Source of the DNA: Octopus vulgaris
Lineage: Eukaryota
Length of the DNA stretch: 64,000 bases
NCBI GenBank assembly: GCA_951406725.2
Contig: OX597814.1
Coordinates: forward strand, 105,834,001 to 105,898,000
Direction: 5' to 3'
Positions within the stretch are counted from its first letter, which is position 1. Each line of letters opens with the position of its first letter. Under the pieces are notes generated by a model. That model saw only the letters and a program-made list of their open reading frames with translations, had not been told where the DNA came from and searched no databases. The position numbers and the translations under genes are program-made. Below are positions 26,640 to 40,932 of this stretch, piece after piece.

Positions 26640-26719
<80 letters not shown>

Positions 26720-26750
26720 ATATACACACGTACACAATCATACATATATA

Positions 26751-26889
26751 CAGTAATACCTCGTCATACCGCAGAGTCCTCAATATCGCGGGTTTCTGCG
26801 GCCGATAGGTATTTATATTTTTTTTAGATTTCAATTATCTCTGTGGGAGATTTTGGAATGTAACACCCGCGATAGTCAAGGAATTGCTG
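26751..26889. mobile_element. pogo/Tigger-like MITE, same family, opposite orientation, internally deleted
   Basis: TA|CAGTAATACCTCG...CCCGCGATAGTCAAGGAATTGCTG|TA. Confidence 0.7.
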
Positions 26890-26900
26890 TATACATGCAT

Positions 26901-26968
<68 letters not shown>

Positions 26969-26992
26969 GTGCATATATATATATATACACAT

Positions 26993-27026
<34 letters not shown>

Positions 27027-27111
27027 ACACATATATACAAAAATTCGTCAACAAAATGAGAAACGAGAACATCAAAAACAAAGACATAGAAAGCGAGCAT
27101 ATATATATATG

Positions 27112-27430
27112 CTACCTTGGGTAAGTGTCTTCTACGTATATCCTCAGCCCGACCAAAGCCTTGTGAGTGAATTTGGTAGGTGGAAACTGAAAGAAGATTG
27201 TCGTATATATATAAATACATGTGTGTGTGTGTTTGTCCCCCCACCATCGCTTGACAACCAATGTTGGTGTCTTTACGTTCCCGTAAATTTAGCGGTTCGA
27301 CAAAAGAGGCCGATAGAATAAGTACTAGGCTTACAAAGAATAAATTCCTGAGGGTGGGGGGGTCTATTTGTCGCCTAAAGGTAGTGCTCCAGCATGGCCG
27401 CAGTCAAAATGAGTGAAACAATAAAAGAGT
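27112..27430 (+). mobile_element. SINE family B, head truncated
   Basis: accttgggtaagtgtcttctac ... gtgctccagcatggccgcagtcaaaatgagtgaaac. Confidence 0.82.
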
Positions 27431-27864
27431 ATATGTATGTATGTATCACACCCTTTCTCTTGACATCCTCTCTCTCCTTCACTCTTTCTGCCTTTATCTC
27501 TTCTTCTCTCCCTTTCGACGCTGCTGTAGTGGATTTCACAGACTTTCTGGTCTGTAGGAAATGCTGGAACATAGAATGTAACGTTACGTTAATGGTTATT
27601 GTCAAAGAAATAAGGAAAGCGAAAAGCTCTTTATGGCTTCCTCCGACACGGAAATGCAATGAAGTGCAAGAAATTAAGAGAAACATCAGATCAACGGCCA
27701 CAACGCCATCTTCGTCGTTTTACAATTGAAATTATCATTATTGTTATTATTGTTATTGTTGTTGTTGTTGTTGTTGCCTTCATAGAACATCGTGGATCAC
27801 GTGATTAACTCTGCAGCGATGCACTCAGTTTATTACCTGTATTTTGTATGTGTTTATGTCTGCG

Positions 27865-27946
<82 letters not shown>

Positions 27947-28129
27947 GCTAGCTAGCTAGCTAGCTAGCTATCCCTCTCTCTCTCTATATATATATATATA
28001 CATATATACACACACAGATTCATATAGTGTCATCTCTCATCTCTATACATACATACATACATACATACATACATACATACATACATACATACATACATAC
28101 ATACATACATACATACATACATACACACA

Positions 28130-28345
28130 CAGGTGAACTAGTAGAGTGGGTATCGCATCGGAGAAAATGCTTCGTGGTATTTTGTTCGTCTTTATGTTCT
28201 GAGTTCAAATTCCTCCGACGTCTTCTTTGTCTTTCATCCTTTCGGGGTCGATAAAAGTAAGTATCAGTTGAACTCTGGGGTCCATATAATCAACTTACCC
28301 CTTTCTTCAAAATTGCTGACCTTGTGCCGCAATTTGAAACCATTG
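28130..28345 (+). mobile_element. SINE family A with (ATT)n tail
   Basis: B-box gagttcaaattc plus core and tail. Confidence 0.75.
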
Positions 28346-28364
28346 TTATTATTATTACTATTAA

Positions 28365-28403
<39 letters not shown>

Positions 28404-29872
28404 CACGCCACACGTACATAGGTGTATGTATCAATCTGTGTTGACCCATTTTTCCTTTTCTATCGTATATCTGTTGTTGTTCCCACTCGCCCTCTCTCTC
28501 TCTCTCCCCCTCTCTCTCTCTCCCTCTCTCTCTCTCTCCGTCTTGTTTGCTTGACTCTGTGTGTGTGTGTGTGTGTTTGTATATTTACACATACGCGCGC
28601 ATAATCATGTATACAGAGACATATACGCACGCGCATGTATATAGATATTCATTTATGAAGGACATTCGTTACCATGTTATGATGTAAAAAGGAACGCCAT
28701 GTAGAGACATTTGACATCAAGAAGATATTGTGTCAAAGACAAATTCTGCAATATCTATGCTACCACGTGGGAAAGCTATGAACGTATCGAAGCTTCCAGT
28801 GGAGACCTAAAACGAAAGGGGCCCAAAAATAAATATTTCTGGAGAGAGCAGGCTGTTCATGTCGTATTTCTCAAACGGTTTTGAATTTCATATCTTTTTG
28901 ACTCATACATTCGAGAAACATCAGTCAAATGGCTGAATATTGCATATTCCCGTAGGAGGCGCTGGCGTTTCTGGTTGCTTTTGTCATACAACATATACTG
29001 AAATTATACTAAGAACGTTTACTTTATACACGCACAACATACACAAGCGTATAACTGTGTGTGGCTCCATCTCGCTCTCTGTTTTATATAATAATAATAA
29101 TAAAAATGATAATAATAATAATAATGATAATCATTATCATAATAATAATAATAATAATCATAATAATAATAATAATAATAATGATGATGATGATGATGAG
29201 TGCCTTATAAATATTGAATCTGGAAAGTAGAAGAGAAGCGAAGGCATTGCATTGATGACGTCACAAATTGCAACAAAAGGGCACTACCAAACCTAACGGA
29301 TTCATTGATTTATTGATAAATTAAATGGTAAATCAAGCAATCGATTTGTTAATTACATAAATCGTAAACAAATTTCATTAATGATAATAAAAGAAGTTAA
29401 ATAGAACCAGTGTGTGTTTCTTATTAGCAAAATGGCCGTTGCAGAACTCAACAAAATGTCTTTAATGTTTATTGTGATTTCGAATCAAATGACCAATAAA
29501 TGTGGTATATGATCTCCACTGTCCCTATTAGTAGCAAGGATTTGGTGTTTCCTTTGTCATGAAAGGCAAAAAGTTCAGAATAATTTTTGGTATTTAAGTA
29601 TATCTTCCACATTCATTATGACTTTTGAATGTTTACGATATTTAAAAACGTGATTCCTTTGTTTCCATACAGAATTGTCTCTTTAGCGATGAATTCGCTC
29701 TGTTATGGTTGAAAACTAATTAACCATCTCATACACATACACATCGCTGCCAAAACTATCGACAGTGACGGATGGAATGGCCATGGTAGAGAAGGGATTT
29801 CATTACATTCTTCTATATAGGATATTGAGTACGTCTTCTTTGTACAAGCTACTCATAGCGGCGGCAATTGAC

Positions 29873-30175
29873 TGGCACTCCGTCGGTTACGACGACGAGG
29901 TTTCCAGTTGATGCGATCAACGGAACAGCCTGCTCGTGAAATTATCATACAAATTGGCTGAGCGCTCCACAGACACGTATACCCTTTACGTAGTTCTCAG
30001 GGTGATTCAGCTTGACACAGAAAGTGACAAGGCTGGCCCTTTGAAATACGGGTACAATTTATTCTTTTCAGGTGCCTGGACTGAAGCAATGTCAAATAAA
30101 GTGTCTTGCTCGAGGTCACAACGCGCCGCCTACAATCGTGAGCTGAATACCTTAACCAGTTAGCCACATACTTTC
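29873..30175 (-). mobile_element. SINE, head D plus tail D
   Basis: tggcactccgtcggttacgacgacgaggtttccagttgat tail, taaccagttagccac head. Confidence 0.8.
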
Positions 30176-30758
30176 ACACAGCTACGGTTATGTGCTGTAG
30201 AGTTACATCAGAATGAAGAACAGATAATTCATCTCAATAGACTTGCCAAAGTTCTACAAAAGCATCCCTCAAATAATCACTTCCATTTCTTCAACTTTGA
30301 GAAACTATTGGAAAGTCTCTCAAGTAAAGTATTTGATATATCTTGGCATGGTTTTTTTTATTTTCCTCTGCCTATAAGGAATGGAGCCTGGCTCATAAAA
30401 TTCAACTGGAGAAGTTCGGGAGGAAATTACTGTCTTCAGTGGACGAGTTGCTTTGGTCAAATGTCATTGATTCCATTTGAGGTTGGATGAAGATGAAGCT
30501 GTGTTCCACAATTGCTGCCAGACAATACTTTTATGGCAACCTCTACATTCAACTAATCTTTTGTCGATTTCTTTTTTTTTTATTATCATTATTCTTTGAG
30601 AGAAAATATCCGTCAGCATCTGTTTATGGTATTTTTCTGAACGACGCCAAAGTGTTAGGAAGATTTATCGAACTACTTCGATTGCTAAGCTTCTTAAACG
30701 TAATTCTTTACATTTTCTGGTTTTTCTCAGATGCTGCAGTTAAGTGCTTTCCTTGCTG

Positions 30759-30834
<76 letters not shown>

Positions 30835-31308
30835 TACACACTCTTCCAATCTGCAGCTTACACTCAATATATTAAACAGCAGCCATGTTAAATTGCAACA
30901 CCATCTTTAATGTATTAGTCGGTACACGTGTGTGTGTCTGTGTGTAATATTCCATTATCCAAGTAGACTGATTAAAAGCGAATTACCTTCCACCCCTTCC
31001 CGTCTAATTACACTTTCTAAATAGATTTACATCAAAATCAGAAAGTTCATTATCTACCAAAACTGCTAACATTACACAGTAAATGACTCGGTAAGCATGA
31101 AGCACATGAGTCTCTGAAGAATTTCCTGAGAGAAAAATCTCCAAGAATCCTCTCTCCATATTATAGCACCAGATACAAATTACCGCAATTGTTAAAATCT
31201 GAGATACAATGTCTCAGATGAGAGCAATATTTCCTGGGATTCTTTAATCTTCGGCTTCCTGACCGTTTCTTGCTACTGTAAGCTTTATTTCTAAAATTCT
31301 TCTAACTG

Positions 31309-31445
31309 TTGCTGCCCAACCACATGGTTCCGGGTCCAGTCCATTTCGAGGTACTTTGGGCAACTTCCCTTCTGCTATATCCTCGAGCAGACCAAAGCCT
31401 TGCGAGTGGATTTGGCTGGCGGAAACTGAAAGAAGCCCGTCGTAT
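31309..31445 (+). mobile_element. SINE family B, 5' half
   Basis: ccacatggttccgggtccagtcc ... gaaagaagcccgtcg, then (TA)n. Confidence 0.8.
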
Positions 31446-31459
31446 ATATATATATATAT

Positions 31460-32218
31460 CAAATGTGAGGATAAATGTGAGGATAAAATTCTTTTCGAAA
31501 AAAATATTCTCTCGAAAAAGATTTTATCAATGGCCAGCATATTAAAAATACCTTTAACGGTTAAATTTATAAACAATTCATAAATGAGGGCAAAGGAAAA
31601 AAATTTCTAATGCCAAATATGCCGAAAAATTGGACATATTGTCCATTAACCATATAATTTTTTCACAATACGCACGCTACTCGAAAAAAGGTCGACAGAA
31701 ATTTCTAAAAAATTCCATTATTACCATATCGGACCGATTTCAGGGTTAGCTTATAACAGCCCTCCCTTCGTCAGTGATACATGTGGCAAAAGAAATTAAT
31801 GAGATACTTACTCACACCCATGGAAGAAGCAAATACTAAGTCATGGGCACAACTAAGTACCCCAAATACATCCAAAATAGAAATACTCCAGCCCATTCGA
31901 GGCACGTGCGATTTGAACTGAGGCTCTCACAGAGTGAGTTAGTCAGTTCGGAAGTGAACGCTTAAATTTATGTCAAATGTGAGGATAAAATTCTTTTCGA
32001 AAAAAATATACTCTCGAAAAAAATTTTATCAATGGCCAGCATATTAAAAATACCTTTAACGGTTAAATTTATAAACAATTCATAAATGAGGGCAAAGGAA
32101 AACAATTTCTAATGCCAAATATGCCGAAAAATTGGACATATTGTCCATTAACCATATAATTTTTTCACAATACGCACGCATATTTGGCATTAGAAATCTT
32201 CCTTTGCCCTCATTTATG

Positions 32219-32269
<51 letters not shown>

Positions 32270-32550
32270 ATAAACAAAGGCATAAGAAAAATATTCTAAT
32301 GCCAAATATGCCGAAAATAGACAATTCGTCAATAATCATATAATTTATCACTATATTATTACTTTGAGACGCGTGCTTATAGTGATAAATTATATGGTTA
32401 TTGACGATTTGTCTATTTTCGGCATATTTGGAATTAGAATTGTTTTCTTTTGCTCTTGTTTATAAGTTATTTATAAATTTAACCTTTAAAGGTATTTTTT
32501 AATATTCTGGCCCTTGATAGAATTTTTTTCGAAAAATGTTATCCTATATT
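31460..32550. mobile_element. Complex direct plus inverted repeat element (Penelope pLTR-like) nested in a SINE
   Basis: 205-bp direct repeats 31473-31677 and 31975-32179 (period 502), an inverted partial copy 32179-32222, and a related hairpin 32267-32466 whose right arm extends inverted to about 32545. Confidence 0.65.
31726..31780 (-). ncRNA. Minimal type-I hammerhead ribozyme motif
   Basis: GTATCA-CTGACGA-AGGG-(AGGGCTGTTATAAGCTAA)-CCCT-GAAA-TCGG-TC-CGATAT: canonical core, GUC site, stem I with one mismatch next to the core. Confidence 0.6.
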
Positions 32551-32553
32551 AGA

Positions 32554-32639
<86 letters not shown>

Positions 32640-32769
32640 GTCGGGGTACAATATGCACCTGCTTGCCTATTTTTGTTATGTTAACTGGCTACTGTATCAT
32701 AATTTTTTTTAAGATAATGGTAATTTATTTTGAAGTTATATATGTATATGTGTGTGGAAGTGTCTGTTC

Positions 32770-32950
32770 ACTACCATCGCTTGACACCCGGTGTTCGTGT
32801 ATTTACGTTCTCGGAGCTTAGGGGTTCTGTAGAAGACGCCGATAGAGTAAGTACCCAGCTTTAAAAAGTACATGTTCTAGGATCGATTCCTTCGACTAAA
32901 ATTCTTGAACGCCGTGCCTCAGCATGGTTGCAGTAACAAATAAAAGAATG
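32770..32950 (+). mobile_element. SINE family B, 3' half
   Basis: ccatcgcttgacacccggtg ... cagcatggttgcagt. Confidence 0.7.
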
Positions 32951-34014
32951 AATGATATCCAACCTAAATTTGGTAATTTTTGGCCGTTGTCTTTTGTAAG
33001 CAACCATTACAATTATTATCTGGACTATAAGATATGAAGAGGTGATCTCTTGGATAAAGCCTCGTACCGTGGTATCGGCACTTAACGACGTCTCGATCAA
33101 GACAACATTGTTGAGAGTCACGTGTTGTAAAATAAATTAGGGACAGCAAGTGTTAACTCTTTGTGATCTTAAAGTAATAAGTTCAAGTCCTGGGCAAGAT
33201 ATATGATGGTATTTACCATGGACCCCAATTCTAGGCCGAATAACGAAACATAGTACTGTGACCAAGATGTCCAGGAATCGGAGATGGGAAGGCCTGTAGT
33301 CAGGTGTCGACGACACAGGCCTATTTGTGTGTGCAGTCTGTGCTTGAAGGGTAAACTGGAGAAAGTAAGAGACTAGAAGAGGAAACGAAATAAACAGGCA
33401 GAAAGCAATGAGGAAACCCCGGTTGTTTTTCTCAAGGAAAATCATGAAACTTCAGAATTTGTTATGAAGGTACAAGATTGTCGGCACGTTAGAGCATGGC
33501 ACTTGAAGAAGATGTGACTTCATACCCTTCTACAAACATAGTTTTTAATGTTGGTGATGTCCCAGGAGCAGTAGCTATCGGTTTCTGCCATTGTAGCATC
33601 GATTGTATAGGGTTGCTGTTAAGGATTTCTGGCGTAAACACAGGTTTATATTTTGTGTAGGTGCTTAGTCAATTAGACTAACCCCAGCACTTGACTCCTG
33701 TTTAATATATGAGTCCCTGGATGATGAGAAGCAGAGTAGATCGCCTACCGGATTTGAACTGATGTCCAAACCAGCCGTGATTAAACCACGCAACACTTTG
33801 TATTCGATGTTCTCTCGTTTCTGGCGTCCATTCCTTTTAATGTCACTATTTTAAAATAGAGTCACTTCTGCAGGATATGAAATAATGTAAAGGTGACCAA
33901 AGGTGTCTCTGATAACCACTGCAGTTCAAAACATGTCCTGTAATCCGGCTTAGACATTGAATTTAACTAATTTATAACGAGTAAAACTATCTGGACATCT
34001 GATTGTTTACTAAA

Positions 34015-34052
<38 letters not shown>

Positions 34053-34542
34053 GTGCGTGTGCGTGCGTGTGTGTGTGTGTGTCTGTGTGTGTGTGTGTGT
34101 GTAAGAGGTTCCCACCAATCTCTTCAATGTTTGTTCTCTGTGTTGCTAATTCAATATCAAAAGCTGACCGATGCCAAAAGTAGGATGAAAGGTTATGGCC
34201 GAACACTGGCTTTGATTAGCAGCTTTCCTGCTATCACTCGCAGAAACAATAGAATTAATAAAGATAGGAATTGGTTAGAGAAGACACAAGTGGAATTGAA
34301 ATACAAGGATTCCATTGTTGTCATTACAACGTGTATAATTGCTATTGAGGAGTGGTGGCGGCGGCGGCGGTGGTGGTGGCGGTGGTGGTGGTGGAGGTGG
34401 TGGTGATGGTGGTTTGATGGATTCGATTTAGCTCACTTCCTGTGTACATATTTCTAATGTCTGTATACAGCAATTCGCTATTAATTATCGGCTAAATCAA
34501 TAGTAGTTTTAATACACCAAGTGACTGCGTGTGTGTGTTTTG

Positions 34543-34579
<37 letters not shown>

Positions 34580-34676
34580 GGCGCCTCTGTCGTCGACGTT
34601 CGCCCCTGTGCATTGTGAAGATCGAGCTCCCAGTTTTATTACATTTCCTTATCTTGCCCTGCTTATAACATTTTAT

Positions 34677-34717
<41 letters not shown>

Positions 34718-34870
34718 ACGCGCACACAAAACAAACACATACACAAATACACATTGACACACATACAGAAAGAGAGAAGAGAGAGAGAGCGAGAGAGAGG
34801 CTCACATCAAACAAAGGTATGAGGATTACCTGGAAGCCGCGATGTATGATATCTAACGCACAGACGTACT

Positions 34871-34922
<52 letters not shown>

Positions 34923-35347
34923 GTTATATTTCTGATGATTGTAGTCGACCAATATCGGACTGGTCGATGATCTAGCAGACACCAACAAACACACTCCTAT
35001 GATGTTTTCCTAGGAAATCGAACAAATACGTTATTGTGGGATCACTTTGGAGAGCTTGAGTCGCTTGAATCGCATCCCTGCCCCAGATCTTATTTTAAGT
35101 CGGATTCATAAGGGGAACGCAAACAAACTAACGGCGGTTGTTCAGAGGTGATAGATAAACAAAATGCAAATACGTGCACATGCACGCGCACATGTATAGA
35201 CGTATGCATGCGTTGGTTTTTTTGTGTGTGATGTGTGCTGCGTGTGTCGTTATAACGATGGAATGTCTTTATTTTCAGATGCGGTTGCTCTCACGACACG
35301 TATTGAGTGCTCTTCTCTTTCGTTTACACACACATGCACTCACACAT

Positions 35348-35383
<36 letters not shown>

Positions 35384-35523
35384 ACACACACACACACACA
35401 TGCATGCACACGCGTGCGCGCACACACACAATGTAACGTAATGTTGTTTAGCCCCGACCTCTTTGATCAAAGGTTTGATTGAAGAAAAGACGTTTCGGAT
35501 GACCCCCATCCAGCATTTTGGTA

Positions 35524-35592
<69 letters not shown>

Positions 35593-36253
35593 TGTGAATA
35601 AGTAATATCATTAAGATGGTGGTGGGGAATATAATGATGATGATTGGAAGAGATGAAGCGGAATATAAATGAGGTAGTAGTGAGATCGAAATGAATAGTT
35701 TTGATGATGATGATGATGACGGCTGCGGTTAATTTAGTTGGATGCGGTGGGGGAAATGGAGAGGTTGTTATTATTTTACATGGTAGATATGACGTTGATG
35801 TGCATAAAGATGGCGGCTTTGATAATGTCTTTGAGAAGGACCAGTTAGTTGATAAGAATTGATAATGGCGACGGTGAAGGTTGCTTAAAATAAGGGAGAG
35901 GAACAGTGGGAGGTCAATGATAACGATAGTAACGATGTGGAAAATGGGTTCCTGGTACGAATTGTTACTGGTATTTATATTGTGAAATATCTTTGTATCT
36001 ACCCCTGTGTCCTTTTCTCTCACTATGTACTCATATTAATTCGTGTAGCTGAGACTTCTATTCGTTGATAGTACTCTATATCTAATTTTAGTTTGTCAGG
36101 GCTATGAGTATTGCCTGTGTATAATAAATAAATGGGGGAAAAGGAATGTCGAAAACAACCGCAATTAAAAATGTGCTTATATGCTTATATACACATTAAG
36201 ATAACTTTGCAGAACATCTAGATGTTTCTGTAACTAGTAGTTCGGTCGGTGAT

Positions 36254-36331
<78 letters not shown>

Positions 36332-37065
36332 TATATAGAGAGAGAGAGCTATCTCTTTATATATATAATCACACGCGTATGTCATCCACGATATGTTGGA
36401 TGTATATATAGCGGTTGAATCGCACAGAGTGCTAAGTAAGCGCGTTCATTAATATGCAACCGAAAAGAACCCCGTCATATCAATAAGTATATCATGAAAA
36501 ATATTGCCAGTATCTTTTATTTGGAATCATATCTAGTTTGTAAAATACCTAATGTGCGATTCATGCGGGAACAAGACGCATATCAACTTTAGAAGAGGCA
36601 TCTTCATTCGTTTAACCGAGGCATTTATTCAGTGAGAATGCTCTACAATTCATTAAAATGTGTGTATATGTGTGTATTTAAAGTGCGCTGTCAGCAGCAG
36701 CAATCTGGAATTATCCGTTAAAAGAGAAAATGAAGAATAAATGAATGCGTATGATAATTATAAGTATGGACCTACAGCAAATGTCTGTATGTGTCTAGCG
36801 ATGGACGTTAAGAGGGGATATGATCTTTATTGTAGCCTGAGAGAATTTATCAAAGTCTCGTAAAGTCTCCTGGTCGAGCTCGTCATCTGATTGTTTGGGG
36901 AATGTTCTTAAATAAGTATGTCACTCTCTCTCCAACTTCCCCCTCGTATTTGTAAATAATATATCCAATATTAAAAAGGTACATTATATACACACAAACG
37001 TACACGTATATACATAATTACTTACATATACATATATACATGCATACATTGTATGTATATATCTT

Positions 37066-37336
37066 TCACGTGACCGACCAGATGTTGCTACACATCGCTG
37101 ATCACAATGCGTTCGCATTGTTTTAGCCTTCGAACGACGCCACCCCGCTGGCTAAGCGAGCAGGCCAACAGAAGAAAGAGTGGGAGAAAGAGTACAGCAG
37201 GGATCTCCCCCCCCCCTGTCGGAGCCTCGTGGACCTTTTAGGTCTTTTCGCTCAATAAACACACACAACGCCCGGTCTGGGAATCGAAACCGCGATCCTC
37301 CGACCGCGAGTCCGCTGCTCTAACCACTGGGCCATT
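37066..37336 (-). mobile_element. tRNA-derived SINE, head C plus tail E
   Basis: Minus strand AATGGCCCAGTGGTTAG ... GGTTTCGATTCC A/B boxes. Head shared with 51646. Confidence 0.85.
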
Positions 37337-37344
37337 ATGTATGT

Positions 37345-37384
<40 letters not shown>

Positions 37385-37418
37385 AACACGGTATATTTAT
37401 ATAATTATATATATATAT

Positions 37419-37452
<34 letters not shown>

Positions 37453-37972
37453 TCCGACAACTGATGAAGGGTCGTTCCTTGTGTTGCTTGTCTTGTTTTC
37501 CATTTCGTTCTTTCGTTACTTGCAAAAAAAAGTCCTTATTCCATGTCTTCGTACTTCTTATTTTTTGTTGTTTACGTTTTGTGACGTCATGTGCCTACAT
37601 ATGCATACGTATATACGTATACATGTAAGTATGTACGTATACGTATGTATATATGCTTATATATATGTGTGTGTATATATGTTATCTAACTGCATAACTA
37701 TTTATAGTCATATTTATATATACATGAATACTGTAAATGCAATCTCTCTCTCTCTCTCAATCTCTCTCTCTGTTATTTTCTAAGTATTTCTTTTATGAAC
37801 CGTCTGTTTTTCTATGCTGATTGCTTTTACTCAAATTTCTTCTGGAAGAAGATTTTGTGCCACAAGTAAAAAGTGTGGCGGTGGAATTGGGTGGAAACGC
37901 TAAAAATTATGAAACCTTTCAACATTTACCTTTATCTTACCCACTCACACTTCTACTTCTTTCTCTACTCCT

Positions 37973-38040
<68 letters not shown>

Positions 38041-38202
38041 TCCATCTATCCGTATCTTGTTAGAAATCTCTCTCTAAAATAAATGAATAAATAGACTGCA
38101 AAAAACGCAGAGAAACGAATGTTCTTCATTTTGATTTTTATCATCATCGGCGACGTTGTCGTCGTCGTCGTCGTCGTCGTTATTATTATTATTATTATTA
38201 AA

Positions 38203-38422
38203 TAGGACAGTGAACTGGCAGAATCGTTAGCAGGCTGAGCGTAATGCTTAGCGGCATTTCGTCCGTCTTTACGTTGTGAGTTCAAATACCACCGGGATCT
38301 GCTTCACCTTTCATCCTTTTGTGTTCGATAAACTAAATACCAGTTTAGTACTGGGGGTCGATGTAATCGACTTATCCCCTCCCTCAAAACTGTTGCTCTT
38401 GCACCAAAATTTGAAACCATTG
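38203..38422 (+). mobile_element. SINE family A
   Basis: Head ctggcagaatcgttagc plus core and tail. Confidence 0.8.
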
Positions 38423-39921
38423 TTATGCTCGCCTTTCCTTTACTGTTTCAAGTTTTGTATTTATATTATCACCGTAAACTTGAGCCCTTTTGTCTCATAT
38501 AAATATGTTATTTTGTTGGGTTTTTCTCTTCTTTCGTTTCTCTTTCCTCATCCCTCACCCCCCACTCCCATCATGCACCATTCTGTCCCTCACTCCTCCA
38601 CCGCCATCCTCTTTCTATATACTCTGCATCTATTAATAAGAACGGCATTCCTGGTCCAGGCGATGAACTAACACGGAAAATATAGTTTCCCCTTTTTACT
38701 TGTAACCTATTGTGGGTGGTAGTGGTGGTTGTGGAATCTCTGGAGATGGAGAGATTACTTAAGGCTGTGGGGGTATGAGGAGGGGAAACTGAGGGTGGTG
38801 GGTAGAGAACACGTAAAGTATATTACGACTGTATTTGGTGATGACTTCGTTGGAGAAAAGAGAAAGACAAACGTGAATAGTTTACGGGTGGATTGGAGGG
38901 GAGGTTGTTTACTGGTCGGTGAACAAACGCTACTTTGTAACATTTATGATTTACACACACACACATATACAGAATTACCGTCTTTCCAAAGACAATTGTA
39001 TCTAAATTTCTATTTACATTTCAACATGTACTCGTTTGATAGTATTTAAGGATTTGCGTGTGTGAGAGAGATTAATAATAGGGTGGAGACGATAATGCAG
39101 AATGCTACACTGCCAGTGACTTCAACCTAGTTTCATCTGTAGCGATACTCGGGATTTCTACCCACCCTGAATCCCTTATCTGTCCGGGATATCTGATTCT
39201 TTCAAAACGACATCAAAGGGGTCTTAACTTCGCTTTGTGAAAGAAATCTTACTTCTTTATTCTAAAAGCCCAACAGAAACAAATATTTAAAATAGATCAG
39301 ACTGAAGGACATTTTAAGCCAGTCAAATGATGCTATGCAACTAACATTAACAGGGTCCCTACTTTAGAAGAACATGAACCATTTTCGTTAAAGTTTGGGC
39401 AAAAACCATCTCCTTTGATCATTGCAATTTTTGGTCATTATTACAAGGTTATCGCTTGACCTGTGAACCCTCTTATATTTCGGACAAGCGAAAGGACAGC
39501 CTCTACACTTTACCTGCTAGAACTAACAACAAAACATCACTTAATTAATAAAGATCAACGTTAATATATTATTAATGATTTATTTTTTTCATGAATCCTC
39601 TTATTTTTCTGTTGAGATTGCTTTACCTCTAATTTCTTCGAGGAGGTTCTGTGTTAATAGCAAAATCTGGACTGTGGTGCAACGGAACAGGGTAAGACTA
39701 TCCCAGAATTACAAAGCATTTTCATATTTACTTCTGTTTTAATTCCACATCTTACCTTTTTCTCTCCCCCTTTTCCCCCCTCTTCCAGTTCTCTTTTCTC
39801 TTGGAAAGACTGTCTTTGAGAAATGCGACGAGGTAGAAAGACCATCAATTCCTTTTGTTCTCTGCCCCCTTTTTCTTATTTCAAACGTATTTCATTACAT
39901 CTTCCTGGTTTTTGTCTACCT

Positions 39922-40281
39922 TAGTGGTTCTCAGTCGGGGTCCATACAACGCCTGGGGTTCCATATATGATTTTTGGGGGGTGGGGGCCAGGGTCGTTCA
40001 TGAAAAAATGTTTCTTTAGATGTACCTATTGCAAGAAACAACTAGGTTTTTTTTTTATTCAACGCTTCGTACAGTTCAACATGTTTCTGGTCCCTGAAAG
40101 ATGTTCCCTCGAGGAGTGTAATTGCAAACCTATACAAGTGAAAGCCTACAAAACAAAATAGGGATCTTGAAAGAAGTATCTCTAAAACTAGTTTTGAAAC
40201 ATTAATTGGCTGTTGGGGTCCACCAGAATGAAACGGTAATCAAGGGGGTTCAAAGATTTCGAAAATGGTTAGGAACCACTG
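39922..40281. mobile_element. hAT (Charlie-like) MITE
   Basis: Ends TAGTGGTTCTCA and AGGAACCACTG, subterminal GGGGTCCA repeats, degenerate 8-bp TSD gtctacct/gtttacat. Confidence 0.7.
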
Positions 40282-40519
40282 GTTTACATGCTGAAAACCG
40301 AAACCCCACATTGGGACTTCTCTCTGGGTGACCCTTCGTATCAATGCCTTCTGTGGAGGCTCTCTAGTGAACGAGTTAGTTTGGTAGGGATCTAATATAG
40401 CAATGCCCTTTATGGAATTTCACTGACCCTTTTGAGGGGACGAATAACAGAAGGTATCTGCATTGCTGGTTTGAATGCTTACCATAGATTCGCTAAAAAC
40501 GTTTGATGGTTTATACGAA

Positions 40520-40887
40520 CAAACACATACACAACACCACTCCACACATACACACACACACAACATCACTTCACACACACATACACAACACCACTCTACA
40601 CACACACAACACCACTCCACCATAAACACACACAACACAGCACCACTCCGTCCACACACACACACAACACTACTCCAGGCACACACAACACCACTCCACA
40701 CATACAAACCGCTCCACATACACAACACCACTTCACCATACACACAGAACACCACTCCACCATCCACACACACACACACACAAACACCATTCCACGTACA
40801 CACACACGCAACACCACTCCACACATACAAACACATACACACAACACATACAAACACACACACATACACACAACACATACAAACACA

Positions 40888-40932
<45 letters not shown>

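Noticed and set aside
33330-33480. EGKLEKVRD resembling the RTE C-terminal EGKxxGKR motif
   Set aside because: Too short and interrupted to support a call.
37270-37336. tRNA-like A/B boxes here and at 51655-51715 and 55800-55870
   Set aside because: No complete acceptor stem is evident and each continues into a SINE body, so these are SINE heads rather than tRNA genes.
37456-37492. GACAA-CTGATGA-AGG..CCT..TTGTC hammerhead-like half
   Set aside because: The GAAA strand is absent, so it cannot be called a ribozyme.
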